64,000 nt of DNA from Macrostomum lignano. Its lineage: Eukaryota. The notes beneath the pieces are model-generated. The model saw only the letters and a program-made list of their open reading frames with translations, made no database searches and had not been told where the DNA came from. Both the position numbers and the translations under genes were made by a program. Where the stretch lies: NCBI GenBank assembly GCA_002269645.1, contig NIVC01001135.1, positions 1-64,000 of the forward strand, written 5' to 3'. Shown here one piece after another: positions 35,950 through 48,656 of the stretch (position 1 is its first letter; every line of letters starts with the position of its first letter).

Positions 35950-37610
35950 TTATTCTATGTATTTTTCTCTAGGCCTATGACAGAACAATCAGAATCTCGG
36001 CTTCATCCTCTGCCTAAAGGCTAAAGCAGAGGGGCCTAAATGTAGTTGTATATACCCTTTGCACTGCTTCTCTCTTTGCTGCTGCTGGCAAAGTCCAAGG
36101 CCATCTACCATATTCTTCCAATAGTTCTCATTGGGCCACAGGTGTTCAGTGGTACAGGAGCCTTGCAATAGCAGCATGGATGCCTGGATGCATGTGACTG
36201 GAGGCCACAAATGAGGTTTGCAATCTTTATGTCAGCTGTTATTGCACTCACTCACTATTACTTTCTGAGGCTCAAATATTGAAAAAGAACTTTGATACTA
36301 TTGTAACACTTGCTCATGTCTGGCATAGCTACTAGCAACAATAGCTTTTTTACTCCAAACTTGGCAAACAACTGGTCCTTTGTCGACAGACTTTCTTGGC
36401 TCTCACCTCAATGTAGCAGCAGGCTGGCGCAAATTAAAAATCCACCATCTCCATCAAGACCAAGTTTTATGTCAATATCTATATAGCCTCTCTTAGAAGT
36501 GACCTTCTCAATCAAGCCTCATACATTGCTATAGATAATGGCATTTTTTGTAGTACCCACTTTGCTATTAACTTCAAGCAGCTTGATCACAAAAAGTCCT
36601 TCAGATGCTAGTTTCTGTCAGTAAGGCTTGCACCCAAGTTCGAATACACAGCCTTCCCCATACATGCGCAATGTCCAAAATTCGGTCAGCCATGCGACTT
36701 AGTTTTAACAAAAATGCGACATAGTTTTTGGGCAAATACATGTAAAAAAAAACCTGAGGCAAAATTAATGCAACTTTGGGAAAATGGCGGGAGTAAGTAT
36801 GACTATCATATCAGGCAAAAATGCCTCATCAGCTACTTAGTACTACTACTTAGGTATTTTTTGGGTGGGCATTTTTGCAACTTCTTTGGTTGGCTGCCAA
36901 ATCAGTCGGCCAGATCGGCCAACTCGGCCAACTGTTGTGCATGTATGGCCTTCCTTGAGCTGGCTCCATTTTGCAAAATGCTGGCTACTTATAGAGTTTG
37001 CCAGTTGCTGAGATTTAATGCAACTTTCAGCTAAAGCATTGTGTTTGCTATTGTTGGAACCAGCTGTCTTGTGCTGCAGGCTGTGTTGGCTACAGTGATG
37101 GCTAGAGGCCTGCTTCCTTGCGTTCTTTTCAGAGCAACAGTGCTTGCCCCAGTGGCCTATAATTTGGTAGCAACTATGGTGCTAGCAACTTGCTCTACTG
37201 TTCTAAGGCTAATCAAGCTGCTTAGATTTGCTAGCTAGGTTGCTTTGTTGCAGCAATGTAGTTTTCCCTTGCCAATGGGCGAGTGGCAGCCAGAGCAGAG
37301 CCACACAGGAGACTGGGCTACATTTGTACTAGTCAAAGGTCAGCCTCTGGTGCTGTTTAATATACCAATTGCATAGATGCTGCATGGATCTGAATTTTTG
37401 TACAGGTTGCTGTAGGCAATCTTGCAGATCTTGCATGGGCAGTTTGGTTGCAATCTTTGACTTATAAGAATGCTGCTAAGACCTGCTAGCATTTGCTTGT
37501 AGTAGAGTCTAGGCGGCAAAGGATGAGGTGCTAGGCCTCCAAATAAAGAAATAATTTGACAGTAGCACTCGCAAACTCCAACAGGCAGAAGATACCATAT
37601 AGACAAATAG
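35950..37610 (-). mobile_element. Fossil DDE DNA transposase with Transib/RAG1-like motifs (multiple stops and frameshifts)
   Basis: Minus-strand translation through stops: CPCKICKIAY ... SNLGASLTDRNxHLKDF ... AIIYSNVxGLIEKVTSKR ... IKLGLDGDGGFL ... GVKKLLLLVAMPD ... ITADIKIANLICGLQSHASRHPCCYC. Confidence 0.7.
36658..36948. mobile_element. MITE inserted in the fossil transposase
   Basis: TIR CCATACATGC(G/A)CAA and flanking CCTTCC duplication; retains CpGs unlike its host. Confidence 0.65.
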
Positions 37611-39730
37611 TTTGGAAGGATTTATTGCTCAACAATTGTGACTTCATTCAGGCAGTGCTCAGCCCTTTGTAGACTGGGTAGACATACACTCTGAGCTAAG
37701 TAAGACATACACTCTGCTGGCATTGGTCATGGGATTTCAAGCTTTTGGGCATTGTTTAATTAACTATCTTTTTAAAATAGAATTCAGGGTTTAGCTAGAA
37801 TTCAGGTGTATGAGCTAATTTTCTTGACCATTGTTACACTAACAATATTAAGTTCAATGCTTCTCTCACTCGTTATATTAACCCATTTTAATGCCAATCA
37901 ATAAATTGAAAGTAACATTTATTGATTAAGGCTAAATGCACTATATAAGAGCATTCATTTAGAACCAGTAGGATAGATGCAGTTGCACCTAGAGAGGTGA
38001 ACACTACACAAATATACTCTTATAAGTGTTAAATTGGCTATATCATGATTAGACAAGCACTTATTTTTTAAAATATGTTTAGATGGCTGAGGCACTCTAG
38101 TTTGCAACATGAGTAACCATTTTCTTATGCAATTTTTTTAATCATTTTGCCATGTGAGAAGCACCGTGGCCTATTATAGAAAATGAACAAATAATATCAA
38201 AATGTTATACCAATATATTCTATACTGACTAGGCCTATAGCTAATAGATGTATTGTACTAACACTATGAGGCCTAGGGCCTATGCCAATTTCCAATTACC
38301 AATTTAAATTTATACTAGGCCTAAAAATTGGTATAGGACCAAGACTGCCATATCAAGACTGCCACACTTGGGGGAGCTTGTCCAAACTTTGTCCAAATTT
38401 GGCTTAATGTATTATTAGATAGTGCTAGAAAGAAGATAAGTGGGTAGGAGAGCCAGTAGAACAAAGCTGCAAAAAGGAACCTATGAAAGGAATAGCAATG
38501 CTAGAAAATTAGTAGCTCCCCCTTAATACCAGTAGCCAGTAGTAGCTATGGTGGTCTTAGTATATAGTGGTCTTAGTCATGTGCCTAAAAATTGAATTTT
38601 TAGTATTATAGTATAGGACCTATCTTATATTATATGATTTTGATTTACTAATATAGGGTGAATATAACAACCTAATAATATTTAATACCTTAACAATTAA
38701 AAATTCAAGGTTGCCTAGTACCCATAGTCAGGAAGATGGCCTTTTTCACGGAAAATTCTGGCGCAAAAGGGGTTGGACATGCACTAGTCTGGCGCATTCT
38801 GGTGCAATAGTAAACAAGGAAAAAGTAGACGGCTTTTTAATTAACATACATTAACATTGCATTTTCTATAAAACAGATTCAAATACAAGCTTTACCAATG
38901 GTAAGCAAACTTTTTTGTTAGGCCTAGGAATAGTTCTAGCATATGATGCAAGCACATTTTTCTGATAGGATTTGTTTTGGTGCAGGTGTGCCATGATCCT
39001 GACTATGGCCTAGTACTTGTCTATAGCTAAGAATTCTATCTAGGTAGAATCATAGGCCAGAGCCATATCTTTATTTATAGGCCTAGTCTAAATTAATGTC
39101 ATTATAGTTAGGTACAAAAGTATATTTGACCAATTTATGGTTAATTATAAAAAAAGGATTACAACTTTAAAGAAATTATATAACCCTAATAACTAGCCTA
39201 TGGCTTATCTTTTTAGTTTTTATCAATATCAGATATTATATTAGCTAGTAATAATATGCTATATATTATAAAAATCATTCTACCATCACCAAGAAAAAGA
39301 TCTTCTATCTACTAATGAATGATTGACTTATATTTTTTAATATCTATAATTGAGGGGTTATATCAGGGTTGACCATATCAATCTCTCTATTATTATTAAT
39401 ATCCTTATATATTATCTAAAAAACATAAGTTCTTTTTCAAAGTTATATAAGCAATCTATATATAAAGCAAAAAAATCGATTTAATTTTTACTACTTATAC
39501 TTGTACAATGTATGTATTAGGAAATTGCCATTTTTTTTCAAGCATTTGAAAGCACAGTTATATACTAAATGTGTATATAGTAAGACAGACCAGGCATTGT
39601 GCGTTATATATTGCAGTTAGTGTGTAGATACCCAGTCTGTGACTGGCTTGATAAAAGTAATTTTAATTTTGCCATTTTTGATGCCAATTGCCATCCAGGC
39701 ATCAACCAAAAGCACCAAGTATTTGCCGTA

Positions 39731-42700
39731 ATGGCAGCCCCATCTGCTGAGCCACACGAGTCCTGGGACGAGCTTCTGTTAGCTGGGCCTTCAACCCTGT
39801 CCAAGGACAATGCACCCGCCCCCTATCCATGTCGAGCATTCGCTGATCTGTTAGAGCAGTCCCCATTTGGTCAGAGCCGTGCATCTGACCAGCCCGACTC
39901 GGCTGAGGAGCTCCGCTGCCTGCGAGTTCTATCGCTGCACTTCAGCGATCCAATGACCCTCATGAGGAGTGTCGCCACTGCCGGCCGACTGGGTTATGCT
40001 AGTGTGCACTGGCAGATTAATTGCGAATGTCCGGAGCTGATGGCCAGGTCTGACATCTTTATTGCAATGCTTCTTATTTACATGGATTTTTTAGTGTACC
40101 CCATTCCCCATTAATCTTCAATCACAGGTATCCCCATTCCCCATTAATCTTCAATCACAGGTATCCCCATTCCCCATTAATCTACAATTACAGGTATCCC
40201 CATTGCCCATTAATCTTCAATCACAGGTATCCCCATTCCCCATTAATCTACAATTACAGGTATCCCCATTCCCCATTAATCTTCAATTACAGGTATCCCA
40301 ATTCCCCATTAATCTACAATTACAGGTATCCCAATTCCCCATTAATCTTCAATTACAGGTATCCCATTCCCCATTAATCTACAATTACAGGTATCCCAAT
40401 TCCCCATTAATCTTCAATTACAGGTATCCCATTCCCCATTAATCTACAATTACAGGTATCCCAATTCCCCATTAATCTTCAATCACAGGTATCCCCATTG
40501 CCCATTAATCGTATCCCATTGCGGATTGCACATGAGCCACAGGTATCCCATTCCTGATTGCACATGAATCACAGGTATCCCATTCCTGATTGCACATGAA
40601 CCACAGGTATCCCATTCCTGATTGCACATGAACCACAGGTATCCCATTCCTGATTGCACATGAACCACAGGTATCCCATTCCTGATTGCACATAAATCAC
40701 AGGTATCCCATTCCTGATTGCACATGAACCACAGGTATCCCATTACTGATTGCACATGAACCACAGGTATCCCATTCCTGATTGCACATGAATCACAGGT
40801 ATCCCATTCCTGATTGCACATGAATCACAGATATCCCATTGCGGATTGCACATGAGCCACAGGTATCCCATTCCTGATTGCACATGAATCACAGGTATCC
40901 CATTCCTGATTGCACATGAGCCACAGGTATCCCATTCCTGATTGCACATGAGCCACAGGTATCCCATTCCTGATTGCACATGAACCACAGGTATCCCATT
41001 CCTGATTGCACATGAATCACAGGTATCCCATTCCTGATTGCACATGAATCACAGGTATCCCATTCCTGATTGCACATGAATCACAGGTATCCCATTCCTG
41101 ATTGCACATGAACCACAGGTATCCCATTCCTGATTGCACATGAATCACAGGTATCCCATTCCTGATTGCACATGAACCACAGGTATCCCATTCCTGATTG
41201 CACATAAATCACAGGTATCCCATTCCTGATTGCACATGAGCCACAGGTATCCCATTCCTGATTGCACATGAATCACAGGTATCCCATTCCTGATTGCACA
41301 TGAATCACAGGTATCCCATTCCTGATTGCACATGAACCACAGGTATCCCATTCCTGATTGCACATGAGCCACAGGTATCCCATTCCTGATTGCACATGAG
41401 CCACAGGTATCCCATTCCTGATTGCACATGAACCACAGGTATCCCATTCCTGATTGCACATGAGCCACAGGTATCCCATTCCTGATTGCACATGAATCAC
41501 AGGTATCCCATTCCTGATTGCACATGAACCACAGGTATCCCATTCCTGATTGCACATGAATCACAGGTATCCCATTCCTGATTGCACATGAATCACAGGT
41601 ATCCCATTCCTGATTGCACATGAATCACAGGTATCCCATTCCTGATTGCACATGAATCACAGGTATCCCATTCCTGATTGCACATGAATCACAGGTATCC
41701 CATTCCTGATTGCACATGAATCACAGGTATCCCATTCCTGATTGCACATGAATCACAGGTATCCCATTCCTGATTGCACATGAGCCACAGGTATCCCATT
41801 CCTGATTGCACATGAATCACAGGTATCCCATTCCTGATTGCACATGAATCACAGGTATCCCATTCCTGATTGCACATGAACCACAGGTATCCCATTCCTG
41901 ATTGCACATGAGCCACAGGTATCCCATTCCTGATTGCACATGAGCCACAGGTATCCCATTCCTGATTGCACATGAACCACAGGTATCCCATTCCTGATTG
42001 CACATGAGCCACAGGTATCCCATTCCTGATTGCACATGAATCACAGGTATCCCATTCCTGATTGCACATGAACCACAGGTATCCCATTCCTGATTGCACA
42101 TGAATCACAGGTATCCCATTCCTGATTGCACATGAATCACAGGTATCCCATTCCTGATTGCACATGAACCACAGGTATCCCATTCCTGATTGCACATGAA
42201 TCACAGGTATCCCATTCCTGATTGCACATGAATCACAGGTATCCCATTCCTGATTGCACATGAATCACAGGTATCCCATTCCTGATTGCACATGAATCAC
42301 AGGTATCCCATTACTGATTGCACATGAATCACAGGTATCCCATTGCGGATTACGCACTCAGGTGTATCGGGTGCAAATACATTAAAACACCTATGCACTC
42401 CCCATTAGGAACCTGCTGCTGCTCTGCGTGGCCAGAACAGCCGACGGTCCCGAGCACTGGCGCTTCTTCTGGAGCGTCTTCTTCAATAAGTACATCCTAA
42501 CTGAGCACAAGATCCGGCTCAAAACGCTGCTCAACAACCTGGCCGAGGGCGGCGCCAACGGCGGCCGCGCCGACCCGCTGCTCGCTGGCGTAAACGCCCC
42601 GGAGCCCGTGCTAAACAAGCTGCGCTCCATTTGGAAGTCCTGGCTGGGCGGCCTAAAAAGCCGTAGCAACAGCCTGCCAGGCTGGGGGTCGCAGGCCGTC

Positions 42701-45700
42701 TCCGAGGAGGATCACTTGGCTAATAACGAGTCGACTCGAGCCGCAGTTGACTGGCTCAGCGCCCGGAAGCTCTGGGCACGAGAAGAAGTGGTCAAATCTG
42801 TCTATCGCTATCTTGTTGCTCCCAAATTATTGGACCATCAGCTTAATTACGATTCGTCCGCCTTCAACGTCTGGGCCAATCCTCTGGTTGCGGCGTTCTG
42901 GCCGGCTGTCGAACGGGACTCCCTGCTGCCCTTCGATCTGTTTGCTCCCTACGATGCCGCCTCTGCTGGCCTCTCGGCGACACCTGCTGGCGATTCTGCC
43001 GATTCCATTTCTGCCGCGAGGTTTGTTGGAGCTTCGTTCTGATTTCTGATTTCTAATCACGCAAAGACCCATCCTTTGGTGCATCACACAAAGACCCATC
43101 CTATCGCCCATCACACAAAGACCCATCCTATCGCCCATCACACAAAGACCCATCTTGTCGCCCATCACACAAAGACCCATCCGATGACATATCACACAAA
43201 GACCCATCCTATCGCCCATCACACAAAGACCCATCCTATCGTCCATCACACAAAGACTCATCCTATCGTCCATCACACAAAGACCCATCCTTTGGTGCAT
43301 CACACAAAGACACATCCTATCGCCCATCACACAAAGACCCATCTTGTCGCCCATCACACAAAGACCCATCCGATGACATATCACACAAAGACCCATCCTA
43401 TCGCCCATCACACAAAGACCCATCCTATCGTCCATCACACAAAGACTCATCCTATCGTCCATCACACAAAGACCCATCCTTTGGCGCATCACACAAAGAC
43501 ACATCCTATCGCCCATCACACAAAGACCCATCTTGTCGCCCATCACACAAAGACCCATCCGATGACATATCACACAAAGACCCATCCTATCGCCCATCAC
43601 ACAAAGACCCATCCTATCGTCCATCACACAAAGACTCATCCTATCGTCCATCACACAAAGACCCATCCTGTCGTCCATCACACAAAGACCCATCCTATCG
43701 CCCATCACACAAAGACCCATCCTATCGCCCATCACACAAAGACCCATCTTGTCGCCCATCACACAAAGACCCATCCTTTGGCGCATCACACAAAGACACA
43801 TCCTATCGCCCATCACACAAAGACCCATCTTGTCGCCCATCACACAAAGACCCATCCGATGACATATCACACAAAGACCCATCCTATCGCCCATCACACA
43901 AAGACCCATCCTATCGCCCATCACACAAAGACCCATCCTATCGTCCATCACACAAAGACTCATCCTATCGTCCATCACACAAAGACCCATCCTGTCGTCC
44001 ATCACACAAAGACCCATCCTATCGCCCATCACACAAAGACCCATCCTATCGCCCATCACACAAAGACCCATCTTGTCGCCCATCACACAAAGACCCATCC
44101 GATGACATATCACGCAAAGACCCATCCTATCGTCCATCACACAAAGACTCATCCTATCGTTTATCACACAAAGACCCATCCTGTCGTCCATCACACAAAG
44201 ACCCATCCTATCGCCCATCACACAAAGACCCATCCTGTCGTCCATCACATAAAGACCCATCCTATCGCCCATCACACAAAGACCCATCCTGTCGCCCATC
44301 ACACAAAGACCCATCCTATCGCCCATCACACAAAGACTCATCCTATCGCCCATCACACAAAGACCCATCCTATCGCCCATCACGCGGTGAGATCGCACGC
44401 AGAGACCCAAGGATCATGCAAGAAAATTAGCTGTTCACACCCTGTGTGACCGCCCAGAGGCCAGCGGAATGGCACTAACGACTGTCACTCCTGATTTTCC
44501 ACAGTGCCCGAACCCCTACCGCAAGCTTCGTAACCTTCCCTACCGCAGCAGGTCCGTCCGATCCCTGACCGAGTTCTGCTTCGATCGGGCCGCCGACCTT
44601 GTCGCCGAATTCGCCGCCGCCTGTCGGTCGAACTCGCCCAGCTTAACCATCGGTGTCGGGCTGGGCAACGACCTCCTGGCGGCCAGCCGGCACAGGGCGG
44701 CCGGGCGGCGCTACCACCTGGTGGACGCTGGCAACCTGGCCGACAGCTGTCCGGTGTGCGACATTCTAACCGCCTGCCAGCCGCTGCTGCTGGCCTCACA
44801 GTCTGTGCTGATGACCATTACCAGCCGGTGGCTGGGCCATTATCCAAGCGCCCCGGCCTATGTAACTGCGGCTGTTGGCCGCCTGCCGGAACTGCTGTAC
44901 GGCCTGAGGCTGTACAAGCCTACTGAATCGGAGCTGCTGGCCTCCGGCAGGATCAGCGACCGGCCACAGCTGCTGCTTCGATGGGCGCCGCATGTCACTA
45001 ACATCTGCAAGGATGCTGAGGCTGACAGCTGCAGGGATGCTCAGGTAGATTCTTTTGCATGCCTATGTTGTTGCAGTCTTTGTTCTTGGAGGAGTCTTCG
45101 TTCTTGAGAAACTGTACTTGTACTAGCCTTTGTTCTTAGAGGAATCTGTTCTTGAAAAGACTGTTCTTGTAGTAGTCTTTGTTCTTCGAGGAGCCTTTGT
45201 TCTTAAGAGGATTCTTTGTTCTTAGAGGATTCTTTGTATTAGAGGAGTCTGTTCTTAGGAGTCTGTTCTTGAGAAGTATTTTCTTGTAGTAAGTAGTTTT
45301 TGTTCTTAAAAAAGTCTTTGTTCTTGCGAAGACTGTTCTTTTAGTATTCTTCGTTCGTAGAGGAGTCCTTGTTCTTAAAGTCTTCGTTCTTGACTTTTTT
45401 CGGTTTCCTTATGCTTCATAAGTGTACTTGCCAATATCTGCAGCAACTATCACACCCGACCTTACAGGTGGCGAGTATGCTCGACAATCTGCTTCCGCAT
45501 TGCATCGGCCCGCCAGCCTACGGTCGTCTTGCCTATGGTTGCTACCCGGTTGCCGAGGCCCGTCTCAGTCCGCGCACTTTGCACCGGTTACTAAGAAACC
45601 ACGGTCTGCACTATTTCGAACTGGATCTGAGCTCCCGCCTGCCAGCCCTGGCCAGAGCTCTGCTATCAACTCGCCAGGGGGAGCAGTTCGATCCCCACTA

Positions 45701-47381
45701 CCTGCAATTCTCGGTGCTCTGCCGGCCGCAGCCGCTGGCCTGCCTCACTCTGGACCTGCGCCGGCCCGGCACTCTGACTAACCTGGACGAGCTCTGCGCC
45801 CCGGGTGCCCAACTCGTGGCCATTGTGTTCGAATCTCGAATAGACGTGCCAACGTTTCTGTCAGCCTACAATGACAAGATTAGCGAGGCCCCCGACACGG
45901 TTGCTACGGACGCCTGCGCCCTGCTGCAGCGCCGGCTGGCCGGCCGGGTTCGAGCCTTCGAACGGGCGTTCCACGTGCTGTCGCTGGTGCCGGTGGGCGC
46001 GGGCGGCACCAGCGTGGCCAGGGTCTTCCTGCCGCCGGACACCGCCGACCAGTTCGGCCCCTGCTGCTGCCTGCTCATGGAGCCCGGCCGCTGCGTGCTC
46101 GGTCAGACTCGAAACAACCGCGTCCTGCTCTGGTCCAGCCTGGTGGCCGGCCGGCTGGCCGATTTCTGCCCGGCCACCGGTCCGCATTGGCCGGGAGCCA
46201 CGCGGCAGCTTATGTTTAAGGAACTGCCGCTGCAGGTCTGGCTTATTTACTTACTCACTCACTCACTCACTCACTCACTCACTCACTCACTCACTCACTC
46301 ACTCACTCACTCACTCACTCACTCACTCACTCACTCACTCACTCACTCACTCACTCACTTACTTACTCACTCACTCACTCACTCACTCACTCACTCACTC
46401 ACTCACTCACTCACTCATTCACTCACTCACTTACTTACTCACTCACTCACTCACTTACTTACTCACTCACTCACTCACTCACTCACTCACTTACTTACTT
46501 ACTTACTTACTCACTCACTCACTCACTCATTCACTTACTCACTCACTCATTCACTCACTTACTCACTCACTCACTCACTCACTCACTTACTTACTTACTC
46601 ACTCACTCACTCGCTCATTCACTCACTCACTCACTTACACACTCACTCACTCATGAACTCACTCATGAACTCACTCATGAACTCACATTTTTATGTGCCG
46701 TTACACCCTAGAAGAATTTACTAAACTCATTAATTAACCCAGTTCATTTTGAACCCCTTCTATTCCTTTCCTCAGACTGCCGCTTGCCAGTCCGAATCGC
46801 CTGTCCTGTTCGGCGTCCGGCTTTGCGTGTCCCGTCCGCCAGCCGCGGCCGCCACACAGCTGTCCGCCCTGCTCGGCCAGTCAGCCTATCCGGCAGTGTT
46901 CGACCGTCTGGCGGCCAAGGCCACCATCAGTGCCAGCTGCCCCGGCGGCGGCGGCGGCTTCGCCAGCCCGGAGCTCGAGGCCGCCGATCACTGGGCCGCC
47001 TTCGTTGCCCAGCTGCTGGCCCTGTACTGGTCGGACGTCGGCCACGTGTTTCTGCGCGACCTCAGCTTCCCCCACAAGCGGGTCGGGCTGCGGCTCCGGC
47101 TGCTGGACGCCGGCTATCGGAGCGGCGGCCGGCCGCTGCTGCTTGTTCAACGCGAGTCGGCGGCGGCTCCTTCGTCGGCTAGCGTCACCGTGAAGTGCCC
47201 ACTGGCGCTGATGAGCGAGCTGGAGGCCGCCCTGACCCAGTGCCAGGTGTGCCCGGACGTCAGCTACCTGCTGCTGCCCCTGCGAATGCCGGTGTGGCCC
47301 AGGCGGGCTCGGCAGCTGCGGCAGCTGGAGCTGATGCAGGACCGGATTGGCAGGAGGGACTGCGCGCCCTGCCAGGTGTGA
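39731..47381 (+). CDS. DUF4470-domain protein (DNAAF3/MYND-DUF4470-related family), at least 5 exons, about 950 aa; both ends uncertain
   Basis: Exons 39731-40047, 42409-43020, about 44465-45044 (acceptor uncertain), 45468-46235, 46776-47375. The splice creates CECPELMAR|NLLLLCV (ARNxLLL hallmark); VDAGNLADSCPVCDILTACQPLL resembles the DTSNLxD..G..NxLxxxxPLL motif of these proteins. Confidence 0.7.
40099..40510. repeat. 33-bp minisatellite (CCCATTCCCCATTAATCTTCAATCACAGGTATC), about 12 copies
   Basis: Tandem units. Confidence 0.93.
40511..42350. repeat. 32-bp minisatellite (GTATCCCATTCCTGATTGCACATGAATCACAG), about 57 copies
   Basis: Tandem units filling the first identified DUF4470 intron. 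Confidence 0.97.
43057..44384. repeat. 27-bp minisatellite (CATCACACAAAGACCCATCCTATCGCC), about 49 copies, with higher-order variants
   Basis: Tandem units. Confidence 0.97.
45075..45400. repeat. Degenerate TTGTTCTT-based low-complexity intronic repeat
   Basis: Recurrent TTGTTCTT/GAGGAGTC. Confidence 0.7.
46247..46685. repeat. (CACT)n microsatellite
   Basis: Starts about 12 nt after the donor at 46236. Confidence 0.97.
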
Positions 47382-47502
47382 CTGCCTGCTAACAGGTGGT
47401 CAAAATCGAAATATTCAGTCTGACTGCCCCCCCCCACCCTGAGGCTGTGCCAAGATATCTGATGTTGTCTGGCTTTAAATGCATTTTAACTGTTGTTATT
47501 GG

Positions 47503-47956
47503 GAATGGCTAATCCTAGAGCTCTGATGGATTAGGAATGGCTAATCCTAGAGGTAATAGCTAATCCTAGAGGTCTGATGGATTAGAAATAGCTGATCCTA
47601 GAGGTCTGATGGATTAGGAATAACTAATCCTAGAGGTCTGATGGATTAGGAATGACTAATCCTAGAAGTCTGATGGATTAGGAATGACTAATCCTAGAGG
47701 TCTGATGGATTAGGAATGGCTAATCCTAGAGGTCTGATGAATTAGGAATGGCTAATCCTAGAGGTCTGATGGATTAGGAATGGCTAATCCTAGAGGTCTG
47801 ATGGATTAGGAATGGCTAATCCTAGAGGTCTGATGAATTAGGAATGGCTAATCCTAGAGGTCTGATGGATTAGGAATGGCTAATCCTAGAGGTCTGATGG
47901 ATTAGGAATGACTAATCCTAGAGGTCTGATGAATTAGGAATAGTTAATCCTAAAGG
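47503..47956. repeat. 32-bp minisatellite (GCTAATCCTAGAGGTCTGATGGATTAGGAATG), about 14 copies, internally palindromic
   Basis: Period 47701 to 47733; CTAATCC/GGATTAG are reverse complements. Confidence 0.93.
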
Positions 47957-48260
47957 TTCATGCTGTTATGCATTGAAGAGTCGAGTGATTGATATATAGA
48001 CTTAACAACCCAGCGAACTTTGCCTCATAGCAAATATTTAATATTTTACTCTTGAAATGGCGCCACCGCCCACTGCTCTGCCGTATTTCTATCTGCTCAG
48101 CGCAAGCTGCGAAGCCAATTTGAACGAGTTTTTATATACTAACCGCTGTCGGCATTTTCTAACCTGCTCTTTGTATTATTCAGGTAACCCACGCTTTTGC
48201 TTTGCAACCAGTCCTGAATGAAATTCATCTGAATGGTAAAGCCTGAAATAACCTAATTAA

Positions 48261-48656
48261 ACCCGTTGAAAACGGTTCCGCGACAATAAAAGTCACTGCA
48301 AACAACTCACTGGTAACTCTTGCGACTTTTTAACAACTCAACCGACTGCAATGCGAGGAAGAGGCGAATGTTGAGTCACGAGCACGTCACGTGAGTTTGA
48401 AGAATTATAGCATGGTCGCGAAAAGTCGTTCTTGTGCTTAACTTGCTACTAACTCAAGTAGACTGAATAGAGTTGTTTTAAATGCGAAATTCGGCTCTTA
48501 TATTAGGTACGGCTCTACGGCCCTAAGAGTCGCAGACAATGAAACGCCTCAAATTGACTTTTTTTACCGCGACATCTCGTCGTTTTTGAGTCGTTTAGAG
48601 TTGATCCGATTCTATTTCACCTGTGTTGTCCCGGACGCTTCTTCTTGGCCTGGGTA
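48261..48656 (-). mobile_element. Second copy of the ACCC...GGGT non-autonomous element
   Basis: Reverse-complement similarity to 6190-6696. Confidence 0.6.

Noticed and set aside
40483-44449. MCNQEWDTC and HHTKTHP repeat ORFs
   Set aside because: 32-bp and 27-bp arrays lying inside DUF4470 introns bounded by GT-AG.
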